NCBI RefSeq assembly: GCF_001194135.2
Contig: NC_068995.1
Span: forward strand, 47,647,627 to 47,696,409
From: Octopus bimaculoides
Lineage: Eukaryota
DNA: 48,783 nucleotides
Reading direction: 5' to 3'
Part shown: positions 47,231 through 48,783 of the stretch, piece after piece
How positions within the stretch are numbered: position 1 is the stretch's first letter
How the letters are laid out: the number at the start of each line of letters is the position of its first letter
Made by a program: the position numbers and the translations under genes
The notes under the pieces: generated by a model
What the model was told of the DNA's origin: nothing
What the model saw: the letters and a program-made list of their open reading frames with translations, nothing else
Databases searched by the model: none

Positions 47231-48783
47231 GGCTGGCGTAGGAGTGGGTGTGTGGCAAGAAGTTTGGTTCCCAACCACATCGTTCCGGTTTCAGTCCCAC
47301 TGCGTGGTGCCTTCATCAGTTGTTGGCTAAAACGAGATTAGAAAAACAGCCCAAAACTGATGAAGGGTCGTTCTTTATGTTTTTCGTCTTGTCTTCCATT
47401 TGTGTCTTTCGTTGTTTGAAAAAATAGTTCATATTCCACGTACTCGTACTTCGAATTTTTTTGTTGTTGTATTTTTCGTGGCGTCCTGTGCCCACATATG
47501 CATATATATATATATATATATANNNNNNNNNNNNNNNNNNNNNNNNNNNNNNNNNNNNNNNNNNNNNNNNNNNNNNNNNNNNNNNNNNNNNNNNNNNNNN
47601 NNNNNNNNNNNNNNNNNNNNNNNNNNNNNNNNNNNNNNNNNNNNNNNNNNNNNNNNNNNNNNNNNNNNNNNNNNNNNNNNNNNNNNNNNNNNNNNNNNNN
47701 NNNNNNNNNNNNNNNNNNNNNNNNNNNNNNNNNNNNNNNNNNNNNNNNNNNNNNNNNNNNNNNNNNNNNNNNNNNNNNNNNNNNNNNNNNNNNNNNNNNN
47801 NNNNNNNNNNNNNNNNNNNNNNNNNNNNNNNNNNNNNNNNNNNNNNNNNNNNNNNNNNNNNNNNNNNNNNNNNNNNNNNNNNNNNNNNNNNNNNNNNNNN
47901 NNNNNNNNNNNNNNNNNNNNNNNNNNNNNNNNNNNNNNNNNNNNNNNNNNNNNNNNNNNNNNNNNNNNNNNNNNNNNNNNNNNNNNNNNNNNNNNNNNNN
48001 NNNNNNNNNNNNNNNNNNNNNNNNNNNNNNNNNNNNNNNNNNNNNNNNNNNNNNNNNNNNNNNNNNNNNNNNNNNNNNNNNNNNNNNNNNNNNNNNNNNN
48101 NNNNNNNNNNNNNNNNNNNNNNNNNNNNNNNNNNNNNNNNNNNNNNNNNNNNNNNNNNNNNNNNNNNNNNNNNNNNNNNNNNNNNNNNNNNNNNNNNNNN
48201 NNNNNNNNNNNNNNNNNNNNNNNNNNNNNNNNNNNNNNNNNNNNNNNNNNNNNNNNNNNNNNNNNNNNNNNNNNNNNNNNNNNNNNNNNNNNNNNNNNNN
48301 NNNNNNNNNNNNNNNNNNNNNNNNNNNNNNNNNNNNNNNNNNNNNNNNNNNNNNNNNNNNNNNNNNNNNNNNNNNNNNNNNNNNNNNNNNNNNNNNNNNN
48401 NNNNNNNNNNNNNNNNNATATATATATATATATATATGTATGTGCATTGTTTTTGTTATGTTTCCCATCATTCGTAGCTGTCAAAACCAATTTGAAATTT
48501 CTGACAACTGTCCGTTCAGTTTGAATGAAATGTCTTGGGGTTGGTGTTGATGTTGTTGTTTTTGTTGTTAGTGTTGCTTCTGTCGGTGGTGGCGTGCATG
48601 GTGGTGCTGTTTTTGTTAGTTTGGTTTCGTTATTGTTTTTTCAACGGTTTTTTTCTTTCTTTTTACTTTCGGTTTGGAGAGTGTAACAACATTTGTATAT
48701 ACATACATACATACATACATGCATACATACATATATGTGTATGTGTGTGTGTGTATCTATGTATGTGTATGTATGTGTATATA

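Noticed and set aside
8227-48550. Long ORFs of 150-430 aa containing X runs
   Set aside because: They are artefacts of translating N-gaps and flanking microsatellites.

Overview
This is AT-rich, repeat-dense eukaryotic genomic DNA with 11 N-gaps. The SINE and microsatellite landscape suggests a coleoid cephalopod, probably Octopus (inference). The main feature is one multi-exon gene on the minus strand, an orthologue of YTHDC2 (DEAH-box 3'-5' RNA helicase with an ankyrin insertion, HA2 and OB-fold). I traced 26 exons by hand from the ATG at 32625 down to 2956, about 3.44 kb or 1150 codons, all with GT-AG boundaries and compatible phases. Three expected exons (R3H, the motif IV exon FLPG.., and an HA2/OB linker exon) are not visible, and each falls in an intron that contains an N-gap. 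The C-terminal YTH domain and stop codon are not in the window. Introns and the 16 kb upstream hold tRNA-derived SINEs, MITEs (piggyBac-, hAT- and Tc1/mariner-like), a mariner transposase fragment and, at the left edge, a 5'-truncated R4/Dong-like LINE abutting (TAA)n. The most interesting non-coding items are: a TSD-flanked tRNA-headed SINE with an apparently intact Penelope-type minimal hammerhead ribozyme; a 216-bp palindrome with head-to-head telomeric TTAGGG repeats at its centre; a near-identical inverted pair of tRNA-Ser(AGA)/SINE composites flanking four exons; and a second near-perfect 94-bp-stem intronic hairpin. Most listed ORFs are microsatellite, SINE or N-gap artefacts.
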